Shown here: piece after piece, positions 1 through 8,404 of the stretch
Position numbering within the stretch: the stretch's first letter is position 1
How the letters are laid out: the number at the start of each line of letters is the position of its first letter
Assembly: GCA_040752695.1 (NCBI GenBank)
Contig: JBFMGO010000117.1
Coordinates: 1 to 18,347, forward strand
DNA length: 18,347 nucleotides
Source of the DNA: a bacterium
GTDB taxonomy: Bacteria; SZUA-182; DTGQ01
Reading direction: 5' to 3'
Made by a program: the position numbers and the translations under genes
The notes under the pieces: generated by a model
Told to the model about the DNA's origin: nothing
What the model saw: only the letters and a program-made list of their open reading frames with translations
Database searches by the model: none

Positions 1-15
1 GATTTCCGGTAACAT
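1..15 (-). CDS. 5' end of a leftward gene running out of the window (MLPEI...), product unknown
   Basis: Minus-strand ATG at 15..13, preceded 8 nt upstream by a perfect Shine-Dalgarno AGGAGGT (30..24). Only 5 codons are visible. Confidence 0.6.
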
Positions 16-78
16 GATTCGTTACCTCCTTATTTAATATATTTTCTTGAATATTTTTTATCTCATATTTCTACTCCT

Positions 79-113
79 ATTATAGCAAATCATAGGCTTA
101 TTGACTATAAACC
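79..113 (-). promoter_or_regulatory. Leftward sigma70-type promoter (extended -10) with an overlapping palindromic operator
   Basis: Minus strand TG-C-TATAAT at 87..79 is a perfect extended -10. TAGTCA at 107..102 is a 4/6 match to -35 with a 17-nt spacer. An imperfect 19-bp palindrome GGCTTATTGACTATAAACC (95-113) covers the -35 region. Positions 31-90 contain only 10 G/C in 60 nt. Confidence 0.6.
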
Positions 114-3100
114 GCGTTGTAGGGTTAGGTGCATCCATACTTGCCGATAAGGATTATTCCAGCCTGCATCTTCGTCTCGTTGCTCCCATGAAGAATAGAA
201 CACGAGCGATCGCCAGTTTTGTCCATCATGTTCCACCACTGATGTAAGTTTCTCTAGTGTTGGAACATCCTCCTCCTTTGCAGCCCATACATCATCAGAA
301 AGTGCCTCAGTTGAGCCAAGATCCACGGATGCTGCGGTCCACCATGCGTTAGTACCACATTTCTTTCCAATTACCTTAGATAATAACGTGGGGTCGAGTT
401 TGCGTCCCTTCAAAAGAACCAGTGGTGTTCGCAATGGTTCAGGTTCCCAGCTATTTCGTTTTCGGGCAACGTGGTCGTGCAGACGAGACGCCAACTGATA
501 CATAGCAATCCATTGATACTTCTTGCCGATTCTTTCCGCCCATGTCGGCTTACCCCGACCACCTCCGTGTTCGCTCAGCATGTAACGGTCATACATCTCA
601 CACCCTGAACTTTCGTAGCCGAAATCACGTGCCACTCTCTGTAAAATCCACTTACCCATATTCTTCTTTGAGAAGGCGTGCATCCAAGGCAGAAGACGGT
701 CCATCGAGTAGATAAAGAAATCATCATGTAGGCAGCTATTCGCCAACTTTGGCAACTTATCCCAATTTTTGACATCCTCATCTGAAGGCAGAGTTAGCGG
801 CCATTCGGAAACAATAGGTCGCATGGTCAACTCTGGATCACAACCTTCTGGCAATGAGCTTAGTTCGCGAGCCAGCTCACTAATACACCTAATGTGATCA
901 CGAATCAGGGCATTATCAAACGCTTCTGCATCACGGCTGTAGGCGTCCTGCAGCATGTTGGTGACGAGCCGGATCAGATTGGCATCTCGTGAAATGATAA
1001 GTGCCCCGTAGCTACTGAGAAGAGTTCGCTCTCGGACTTCGTCGTCATCAGAGTCAATAAACCGCTGCAACACTGTGAGTATAACTTTCGGGTGAGCAGC
1101 CAGAAGGGCCGTTACAGCCCGTGTTGCCATGTCCTTCACTCGACGATCAGATGAGGCGGTAAACCACAGGAGTACCGTAGCCCAGCGTTCAACGATTCCC
1201 GTATCCAACTGATCCAGCGGAAGTCCATACGCGGCATCAATCAAGCGATGTACCGTACTCCGCAACTCAAATCGATCATTGAGATAGGTGCACCAACAAG
1301 CGTCACGCACGGCTAAGGGATTCTGCTTCAAGAGCTTATCAAGCCAGATCGCATCAATAGCAGATTGTTGCCATGATATGGCCAATACCGCGTCCATAGC
1401 GTCAAAAGAGAAATCTCTCAGTCTCAGTGCTTCCCAAATCAAAGACTCTGATGCGGCAGTGAATGTATCAGGATCTCTCGAAGGGAATGATCGAACTGTA
1501 ATTTGCACTAATGAGCTGCGAACCAGCTCATTATCCACTAAATCGGGGAGTTCCACCCCAGGATTTTGCTCCGGAAGCAGGATCGAGATCGCAGCAAGGA
1601 CACCGCTGTTCTGCTCCAGAGCATTAGAGTCATTCAACAAAGCGTAGAAGGCCCCGCCCGGTTGGCATGCCACATCAAGATTCATCTGCTTGCACCTTTC
1701 CAGTAGCTCTGTAGCGATAAGGAAGTCCCCTAAACGCTCGAATGCTGGCCGGACAATACTCTCTTCATCAAGTGAACCAGATGTACCTGGAACATCCTCT
1801 ATTAGCAAGTCAGCTCGGATAAGCCATTCAAGGACCGGCAGGGTGCTGGCTTGCGGTTTCTTAGTGGAGATTAGCCGCTGTGCCTGTGACCATGAAAGTG
1901 CTGAACCCCCTGAATCTGCGATTCCATGTGCGACCTCCATGAGACTCCCACCCACTATATTAGCTCCGATACTGGTTTCATACTCCATTGCGAACTGCCG
2001 TTCTTTTTCTTTGAGAAATGCACGAATTGTTGGTGCTAAGCCGCGCCAGCCCGTTGGTAGACTGCGCAGGCCACGCGAGCGGAGCGTTTGGCATACTAAA
2101 CGTAAATAAAGAGGATTGGCTAGCTCTGGTTGCAGTATAGGAGCGATCGGGGGATCAAGTTCATAATAGCGAAAAAAAACCTGACACGCGTCGCGCTCTA
2201 TCCCTGCAAATCCGGTGTGCTCTACGATTGGGAACTCATGACCATCAGCAAAGCAGTATGGTAAAAACGAAGTTCTACAGGTAATGCAGAGGCGTAAATA
2301 CAGCCTTCGTTGAACCGCTTGCGACATAGCAGGTAGCCGATAGCGCCAGTATCGCAATGGCCTGGTCTCATTGATTGCATCAATACATAGAATAAGTGGC
2401 GAACATGACGCTTCTCCCGCAGCATTTAAAGCATCCAGAAGACCATTCATTCCAAGGGTGACCGGTAGGCCAAGAGCTTCCAATAGCCGCGTCAAAGGGT
2501 CAGGTTCTCCTTGAAATTCATGTCCAAATGCTATGCACATAAGGAGGTTTTCGCTGAGTCGACGTTCGGCAGTATCGCATACCCCATGTGTCTTTCCCGA
2601 TCCAGCAATACCTGAGAGCACGAACATTGGCTCATACGCGAGTGAGCAAGCGGGGGAACAAAGCCAATCATGCAAGTCCGTAATCGCGGCAATTGCGTCG
2701 CGTGTGTAATCGAGATTGGCCGCAGGGAAAGAACACATATATTCAGCCATGAACTGGCGAAAGCCAGGTGAATTGGCTTTTCCCGACCCATGCTGGGCTT
2801 CGAAGTCATCGACCAAATACGACTCAAAAGATGCAAGGAGATCTAAAAGATCACCTAATTTAGAAACACACAGCCTGTATGCACTGGAATCGACAACCGT
2901 CATGAGACGATTACAGTCGTCTAAAAGCATAGCAATATCGGCCGCTAAGGACTTTGCATCTTCTCCCAAGCCTTCCGGATATGATGGTGATATTGTATCA
3001 GATTTAGCGCAGCGTAGGGCAGTGCCAAGGTGATCATACGCTTTTCTGCATGCACGTATCTTGGTCTTGAATGTATCAGACCACTCGGCAGTGCGTCCAA

Positions 3101-3728
3101 AGGCAGCGAACCATTTCCATAAGTCCGTTTTAACGTTCAACTCCGGCGTATATCGCGGTCCAGCAGTTTTCTTGGCTAGATCAAGATGTTCTGAGAACCA
3201 TTTATTGGTCAGGATTTTCTGATTAAAAAAGAATTCTCGAACACCTCCAGATATATCGTATTCCAGTAATAGCTCCCGGAGCTTGAATGCAGGCCATGCC
3301 TCAATGGTGAGATGGCGACCTTCCGCAGTAGCTTTTTGCTGGGACTTCTTCTTCCAGTTGTCAAATTTTTGCTGACCACTAAGACCACGCCGTCCTGTTG
3401 GCCCTGTCAGATCAAATGGAAAACAGACGATGTATTGAGTCAGCGTGGGATGAATGTTCAGGGCTGTGGTTAGTGATTTCGTGACTTGAGTGAGTAGAGA
3501 ACCGATATCGAACACATATTTCGCTTGCCAACCCACCCGACTACCATTCGGGAGATCAGCGAAACACTCAACTCCTCCATCGCCACCAGCCCCATGAAGG
3601 CGTATATAAAATGTATCTTCGGAAACCGTACGATGAGCGAGTTGGCAGCAAAGCTCTTCAAATGCCTCGTGTTGACTACCAAGCCGCGGTACGATTTGGT
3701 TAAAATCTATTTCCCCCTGATTTGCCAT
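105..3728 (-). CDS. STAND/NLR-like P-loop ATPase with N-terminal Mrr-like PD-(D/E)xK nuclease domain; AVAST type 2 (Avs2)-like anti-phage protein, possibly C-terminally truncated
   Basis: 1207 aa. N-terminal FEELCCQLA...GAGGDGGVEC...GWQAKY (D...QxK restriction-endonuclease-like motif). Walker A LSGIAGSGKTH, Walker B ILCIDAINE, sensor-like ITCRTS, NPLYLRLVC, a long helical C-terminal region, and the motif AERIGKKYQWIAM that I recall from Avs2-type proteins. It starts 2 nt after the methylase stop. Confidence 0.75.
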   Translation of the reverse strand: MANQGEIDFNQIVPRLGSQHEAFEELCCQLAHRTVSEDTFYIRLHGAGGDGGVECFADLPNGSRVGWQAKYVFDIGSLLTQVTKSLTTALNIHPTLTQYIVCFPFDLTGPTGRRGLSGQQKFDNWKKKSQQKATAEGRHLTIEAWPAFKLRELLLEYDISGGVREFFFNQKILTNKWFSEHLDLAKKTAGPRYTPELNVKTDLWKWFAAFGRTAEWSDTFKTKIRACRKAYDHLGTALRCAKSDTISPSYPEGLGEDAKSLAADIAMLLDDCNRLMTVVDSSAYRLCVSKLGDLLDLLASFESYLVDDFEAQHGSGKANSPGFRQFMAEYMCSFPAANLDYTRDAIAAITDLHDWLCSPACSLAYEPMFVLSGIAGSGKTHGVCDTAERRLSENLLMCIAFGHEFQGEPDPLTRLLEALGLPVTLGMNGLLDALNAAGEASCSPLILCIDAINETRPLRYWRYRLPAMSQAVQRRLYLRLCITCRTSFLPYCFADGHEFPIVEHTGFAGIERDACQVFFRYYELDPPIAPILQPELANPLYLRLVCQTLRSRGLRSLPTGWRGLAPTIRAFLKEKERQFAMEYETSIGANIVGGSLMEVAHGIADSGGSALSWSQAQRLISTKKPQASTLPVLEWLIRADLLIEDVPGTSGSLDEESIVRPAFERLGDFLIATELLERCKQMNLDVACQPGGAFYALLNDSNALEQNSGVLAAISILLPEQNPGVELPDLVDNELVRSSLVQITVRSFPSRDPDTFTAASESLIWEALRLRDFSFDAMDAVLAISWQQSAIDAIWLDKLLKQNPLAVRDACWCTYLNDRFELRSTVHRLIDAAYGLPLDQLDTGIVERWATVLLWFTASSDRRVKDMATRAVTALLAAHPKVILTVLQRFIDSDDDEVRERTLLSSYGALIISRDANLIRLVTNMLQDAYSRDAEAFDNALIRDHIRCISELARELSSLPEGCDPELTMRPIVSEWPLTLPSDEDVKNWDKLPKLANSCLHDDFFIYSMDRLLPWMHAFSKKNMGKWILQRVARDFGYESSGCEMYDRYMLSEHGGGRGKPTWAERIGKKYQWIAMYQLASRLHDHVARKRNSWEPEPLRTPLVLLKGRKLDPTLLSKVIGKKCGTNAWWTAASVDLGSTEALSDDVWAAKEEDVPTLEKLTSVVEHDGQNWRSLVFYSSWEQRDEDAGWNNPYRQVWMHLTLQRGL

Positions 3729-3730
3729 CT

Positions 3731-6667
3731 CTAGTGACCTTCCCCAAACCGAGTTATCGCCTGATCATACCACATGAGGAGCTTGGGATCCTCCTGGAGG
3801 ACGTTTCCAGGGATTTTGCTGGCGACATCAATGATTGTGGCATAATCATGCTCCTGCCAGGCTTTTTTGAAACCAGCGCGGACAGCCTCAAGCCGGAAAA
3901 CCTTCAGGCGTTTCTGATTTGATGAGCGATATTCTTCAAACTCGCGCAGCAAGGCGCGATCGCGCAGCTTCTCCAGATCGCCAGCCTTGTTTGGATCGGG
4001 CACGTACCAACGATCCTTCGCTTCGTGAAGTAATGAAGGGTGCAGAGTGGAAGGGGGGGCGGGATGCGGAGCACGGAGTGCGCCGGAGGCTTCAATTTCG
4101 CACCGCCCATTTTGCACTTCCTCATTGATTAATTCCCGCAAGTTAGCGCTTTGTTTCATCCATGAGACGATTTGGCCTGGAATTGATCCTTTGCCATCGT
4201 AACACAGGAAATTTTGTCCTAGCATTTCTGAAAGCTCCAGAGGTTTTTCGTATTTCTCCCAACCGCCGATCTCCTTGAGGAACTGTGGGTGAAGTTCTGG
4301 GAAGGTTTGCGGCTTCTTCGTGAGCTGTTGCTTGAGCCATTGGATGGCCGATGCCTCGTCAGAAACAAAAAACTGAAGTTGGATAATCTCCTTGACGGTC
4401 ATCCGCTTCTTGTCGTAATCAGCCACTTGTTCGGGGAGAAAATACATACCGTCGCGCTCTGGGAATCGATGGATGAGTCCCTCGTAGAATTCAGCAGCGG
4501 ATAAAGGAACGGTCACACCTCGCTGGACATGGAATGCCACCATGCGGTCGAAAAGCAAGACTTGTTGTCTCTCTGCAATCACTTGGCCTAGACCACCCTT
4601 AATGATAAAAACAGGAAGCTGGCGTAAATGGGTTCTGATGAAATCCCAGGCTCCTTCTTCAGTTCCCGCCTGTAGTTGAAACCTTTTCTCAAGACCTCCG
4701 TTTGGCTTGTATGCGGATATGACCAAATCTTTATCGACTGCCTTGGCATGCAACTGCTTTTTTGTTTTCATCCCCTTATCAAGAATACTGACGTCAGCGA
4801 TGATAAAACCGGCACGGTCAAGAGCCTCTTGGATTGCCGTCCACACAGCGTTTTTAGAGTTGTGAAATTCGATGGTGACCCACCGACCCGGCTTGAGGAT
4901 ACGATAGACATTTTTCAGACAGTCTGTCATCATATTTGTGTATACGGCCAAGTCTTTCGTTTGTTTTTCACTCACAACAGCGTCTTGATCTGCGTTCGTG
5001 AATACACGAAGCCAAGCCTCCCATAAAAAATTCAGTTCAGCATATGGTAAGTTATCGCCGAAGGGGGGGTCAATAAATACGTAATCGACAGTACTATCGG
5101 GAATTATCACTGAAGCAAGCGATTGGGTAGTAATAGCTGCTCGACGAGTGCTCTCAGGCACTGCTTTGTTGAACCTCTTGATCTTGCCCGATAACACATA
5201 TGTTGGGCTCGGCTCACTGATAGTTGATCCGATGTAGAGCGTGCCGCTAAGAGCACGATTTACCTGTGAGTAAGCATTCTTCAAAAATCGATTTCTCCGA
5301 GTGAAGCTTACAAAGATACTTTGCAGAGTAAAACGCCAGAGTCTCTTCATCTCTTCATTCGGTAAATTATCGCTCATATTCCAAAGCAGAGAAAAAGCGA
5401 CAAGTTGACGAGAAAGATGGAAATCGTGGGCGCGACTGATCCCCTCATGATACCCACGATAGAGATCACCCCATTCTTCTCCTTCAGGGACGAACATTAT
5501 CAGATCGGTCGGGTATTCAATGGTCTCGATCAATTTCTCAGTTTTCTCAAGAACAACACGGTCATGCTCATCAGGCTTTTTGCTCTTCTTTATGCCCTGG
5601 TGCTGGTAGCGAATCTCTACTGGGCGTAATGCCTGACGTTTTCTGGTTATTTGGACAGCCTTATCATAATAGGTGGTCGTGTGTCTAATCAGATCGCGCT
5701 TCGAAACCTCCGCAGAGCAATAAGGACAGGTAAGTTGATCCTCAACCTTACCTGAAGATTCATTATAGGCCAAGTTCCAGAACTCAAGCTCTCCAGAGCA
5801 ATGGGGGCATGTAAAAACCTCTGACCAGACAGTATAATTGACAGGGCAGGAGACTCCAGTTTTTGGGTCCCGCGTTTTGTACATCCATCCGTATTTTTGG
5901 TTGAATTTCTCCAGAAGCATCGTGGCAAGTTGAGCAAAATCTGTGGCATTAGTAGTCAGATTGTAACCTGTCGCGATAAGCGTTGCAGCAGGAGAGAGGT
6001 CATTAATGATTGGGATACGAACACCACAGCGAGAGATTATTTTCTGCTCTTCATCCAAAATGCTGCCATCAGAGCCTACCATATAACCCAGTGATTCCAC
6101 TGTAGCTTTATCCCCGCATAACTGCGCTGCAACCCCGGTCATCCCCGTCCCACAAAACCCATCAAAAACCACATCCCCTGGCTCGGTATAGTGTAGGATA
6201 TACCGCATGATAGCCTTGTGCGGCACCTTGGTGTGATAAGAATGCGCATTATAAATGGGGTCGTTCTTCCCCTCGCTTACATCCGTTGCGAACGGCTCCC
6301 GGCGATACTTATCCGTCGATGGATTATACGGTTTCCCATAGCACCGAATAAAATCCTCGATAAAAGGGTTCGGACAGGCGGTGTAGTAAGGCGGATCAGA
6401 AAGGGCCAGGATATCCTCATCTTCTCCAACCGGAAACCCCTCAATTTTGCGAAACTCCGGGTCCTTAAGCTTCTCGCGTAGCTTCTCCAGGAAATACTCC
6501 CGGCGCTTCTCATCATTCTCAAAGGTCATCCCCAGGCATTCCACCGGCACTTGCGGCTTTGAGGCAGACTGCTTATCCTCACGGCCGAGACCTAAGCTCA
6601 GTTGTTCGGCTTTTCGGAAGATGGGCATTTGTCGGCTGTCGCCGTGAGATTTCTTCATATCAGGCAT
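3731..6667 (-). CDS. pglXI: BREX type 3 DNA adenine methyltransferase (PglXI-like)
   Basis: 978 aa. SAM-binding motif I DGFCGTGMTG, catalytic motif IV YVFIDPPFGDN, CPHC...CPYC zinc ribbon. Conserved termini LSDPPYYTACPNP / AHSYHTKVPH and RWYVPDPNKAGDLEKLR...LQEDPKLLMWYDQA. Lies downstream of brxF-brxC. The start may be the ATG at 6658, which has better spacing to the AAAGG RBS. Confidence 0.85.
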   Translation of the reverse strand: MPDMKKSHGDSRQMPIFRKAEQLSLGLGREDKQSASKPQVPVECLGMTFENDEKRREYFLEKLREKLKDPEFRKIEGFPVGEDEDILALSDPPYYTACPNPFIEDFIRCYGKPYNPSTDKYRREPFATDVSEGKNDPIYNAHSYHTKVPHKAIMRYILHYTEPGDVVFDGFCGTGMTGVAAQLCGDKATVESLGYMVGSDGSILDEEQKIISRCGVRIPIINDLSPAATLIATGYNLTTNATDFAQLATMLLEKFNQKYGWMYKTRDPKTGVSCPVNYTVWSEVFTCPHCSGELEFWNLAYNESSGKVEDQLTCPYCSAEVSKRDLIRHTTTYYDKAVQITRKRQALRPVEIRYQHQGIKKSKKPDEHDRVVLEKTEKLIETIEYPTDLIMFVPEGEEWGDLYRGYHEGISRAHDFHLSRQLVAFSLLWNMSDNLPNEEMKRLWRFTLQSIFVSFTRRNRFLKNAYSQVNRALSGTLYIGSTISEPSPTYVLSGKIKRFNKAVPESTRRAAITTQSLASVIIPDSTVDYVFIDPPFGDNLPYAELNFLWEAWLRVFTNADQDAVVSEKQTKDLAVYTNMMTDCLKNVYRILKPGRWVTIEFHNSKNAVWTAIQEALDRAGFIIADVSILDKGMKTKKQLHAKAVDKDLVISAYKPNGGLEKRFQLQAGTEEGAWDFIRTHLRQLPVFIIKGGLGQVIAERQQVLLFDRMVAFHVQRGVTVPLSAAEFYEGLIHRFPERDGMYFLPEQVADYDKKRMTVKEIIQLQFFVSDEASAIQWLKQQLTKKPQTFPELHPQFLKEIGGWEKYEKPLELSEMLGQNFLCYDGKGSIPGQIVSWMKQSANLRELINEEVQNGRCEIEASGALRAPHPAPPSTLHPSLLHEAKDRWYVPDPNKAGDLEKLRDRALLREFEEYRSSNQKRLKVFRLEAVRAGFKKAWQEHDYATIIDVASKIPGNVLQEDPKLLMWYDQAITRFGEGH
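4025..4126. repeat. Degenerate ~7-bp repeat tract with a G7 run inside the methylase CDS
   Basis: Plus strand ...atgaagg gtgcaga gtggaag ggggggc gggatgc ggagcac ggagtgc... and atttcgcac/attttgcac 14 nt apart. It encodes the low-complexity peptide ASGALRAPHPAPPSTLHPSLLH. G7 at 4053-4059. Confidence 0.5.
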
Positions 6668-6720
6668 CCTTTAAGACACAGGAAATATTTGTGTCCATTC
6701 GCATTTAGTGGTAATTTTCT

Positions 6721-8289
6721 TCACTTTCCATCCCTTTTAATCTCGGCCAGGATCTGACGGCCTTTGTCAGTCAGACGATACTTCTGCTTGCTGCTGCGGG
6801 GTTTGTCCGGGATAGTCATCTCTATCAACCCGGCTGCCAAGGCAGGGTGGAGGTAATTCTCTCTGAATGTCGGGCGATGAGAAAGTTGCAGTTGGGTCAT
6901 TATCCAGACTGCATCGGCCTTATCCTGCTCAAGCACGCAGAGAAGCTTTTTGACTTGGTCGGTAACTTGGTCGGTGACTTGGTCGGTGGCTTGCCGGATA
7001 CCGCCAAACATGGCTTTCATGAGATCAGATGCCATGTCCACTTCCTTATCCAATTCCGGGATGAAAAACTCGAACGCTTTCCAAGCCCTGTCGTTCTTAA
7101 AGGTCGGCATTGGATGACCGAGTTTCTGCCATTCCTCGCGCATCATGCGCATGCCTGTGCCCGCCTGCTCGCACATGGCGATGCGGCGTATGGCCATAGC
7201 TATGGTCGGGTTGCGGACTTCCTTCTCCCCTGGTTCGAACAGACGGGAGTCATCGCCGAACACATCGCCAGGATTCCAGAGTTGAATGCCGTCGCGAAAA
7301 AACTTGATGACGGCCTTTCGGGAATGGTCGCCGTAGTCCTGATGGATCAGCAGGTTCACTGCCGCCTCGCGGAAAACCCGGAAGCCGGGCGGATCGTCGC
7401 GTCGGCCAAGGGTTACCGGATCGATGTCCCTGAATGGTTTGGGCATGAAAAACTTATATTTGGCGACCAATTGTTCCCAGGTCTGAACGATGTTATCCTC
7501 GGAGACAATCCGATCGATCCATCGAGTTTCAGGTATGGCGTCATCAGTAGCATAGCCAAGAAACTGGATATCGAGCGTCGGGCGGGGAATGATCTGATGA
7601 ATAGCCAGGGACGACCCGAAAAGCATGATGGCTGCCCGGGTGGGAACGAAATGTTTCCCCTGCCGCAGGAGAAAGCCCCAGTGATAGAGGAAATCCTGGT
7701 CGGACTGTCCGGGATCGAAACCTGGATTGACTTGATGGAAGCGATCGCGATACCAGCGGATACTGCCGGGATCAAAGGCCTCCTTGAGCAAAACCCGCTC
7801 GAAGGGCTGACTGTCCCAACGGTCGGTGGTGGCATCGCGCAGCATCCGCTCGATATCCTGCATCTGGGCTTTGTAGTCGCTGCCGCCCTTACGCAGAAAA
7901 GTGCGCCGTATATCTCCGTCAAGATAGACCGGTTTGCGCGTGCGAGGGTTTTCGGCAATGTGGAAGATCAAGACTGTTTTCCCGCCGATGTCCAACCGAT
8001 GCTCGCTCACCTGGATATCGTGATTAATCTTCCTGTCGGCATGGAGAAGGGTCAGGAAATCGTTCTGCACTTTGTCGGGTTTCTCAACACCGGCAACCGT
8101 GAACTCTTCGCCCTCTTGTGCGATGCCAAATACCAGCGAGCCGCCGTGGGTGTTCGCGAATGCGGCAACAGTTTCAAACGCGGACTTTGGAACCGCCGAA
8201 CGAGCCTGTTTGAACTCGACATCGTTCCATTCCCCTCCCTTAAGGAGATTTTTAATTTTTGATGGCAGGCTGTTGATTTTCTCGCTCAT
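6721..8289 (-). CDS. Schlafen/AlbA_2 domain + RecG C-terminal-like (HATPase_c_4) + Fic-like C-terminal wHTH protein
   Basis: AlbA_2 signature GEWNDVEFKQA...ETVAAFANTHGGSLVFGI, then VFREAAVNLLIHQDY...IQLWNPG...RNPTIA...EQAGTGM, then C-terminal LSHRPTFRENYLHPALAAGLIEMTIPDKPRSSKQKYRLT. Start placed at ATG 8289 (MSEKIN) rather than 8352. Confidence 0.85.
   Translation of the reverse strand: MSEKINSLPSKIKNLLKGGEWNDVEFKQARSAVPKSAFETVAAFANTHGGSLVFGIAQEGEEFTVAGVEKPDKVQNDFLTLLHADRKINHDIQVSEHRLDIGGKTVLIFHIAENPRTRKPVYLDGDIRRTFLRKGGSDYKAQMQDIERMLRDATTDRWDSQPFERVLLKEAFDPGSIRWYRDRFHQVNPGFDPGQSDQDFLYHWGFLLRQGKHFVPTRAAIMLFGSSLAIHQIIPRPTLDIQFLGYATDDAIPETRWIDRIVSEDNIVQTWEQLVAKYKFFMPKPFRDIDPVTLGRRDDPPGFRVFREAAVNLLIHQDYGDHSRKAVIKFFRDGIQLWNPGDVFGDDSRLFEPGEKEVRNPTIAMAIRRIAMCEQAGTGMRMMREEWQKLGHPMPTFKNDRAWKAFEFFIPELDKEVDMASDLMKAMFGGIRQATDQVTDQVTDQVKKLLCVLEQDKADAVWIMTQLQLSHRPTFRENYLHPALAAGLIEMTIPDKPRSSKQKYRLTDKGRQILAEIKRDGK
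6952..6993. repeat. 12-bp in-frame tandem repeat, (TDQV)x3
   Basis: gacttggtcggt / aacttggtcggt / gacttggtcggt / ggcttg. It encodes QATDQVTDQVTDQV in the linker before the C-terminal HTH. Confidence 0.9.
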
Positions 8290-8404
8290 CCCATTCTCTT
8301 GCGTCGAAAAACAGTCAGGCACCGTATGTCTCGTGTCAAACCCAAGACGCAAGACAACAAAGACACGTGCGGTATAGATCCAAAGACGCTGGCGACATAC
8401 ATGG

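Noticed and set aside
101..131. Rightward antisense promoter from TTGACT (101-106) into the STAND gene
   Set aside because: There is no acceptable -10 box at 16-18 nt spacing.
2172..2179. A8 homopolymer in the STAND gene as a phase-variation switch
   Set aside because: The frame is intact (V-F-F), and a run this short is expected by chance.
6847..8262. 471-aa plus-strand ORF
   Set aside because: It is fully antisense to the AlbA_2/RecG-C gene, has no recognisable motifs and no clear RBS. Most likely a codon-bias shadow ORF.
8290..8404. Integron attC site flanking the AlbA_2 gene
   Set aside because: An inverted repeat is present, but I cannot find properly placed RYYYAAC/GTTRRRY core boxes, and there is no integron integrase.
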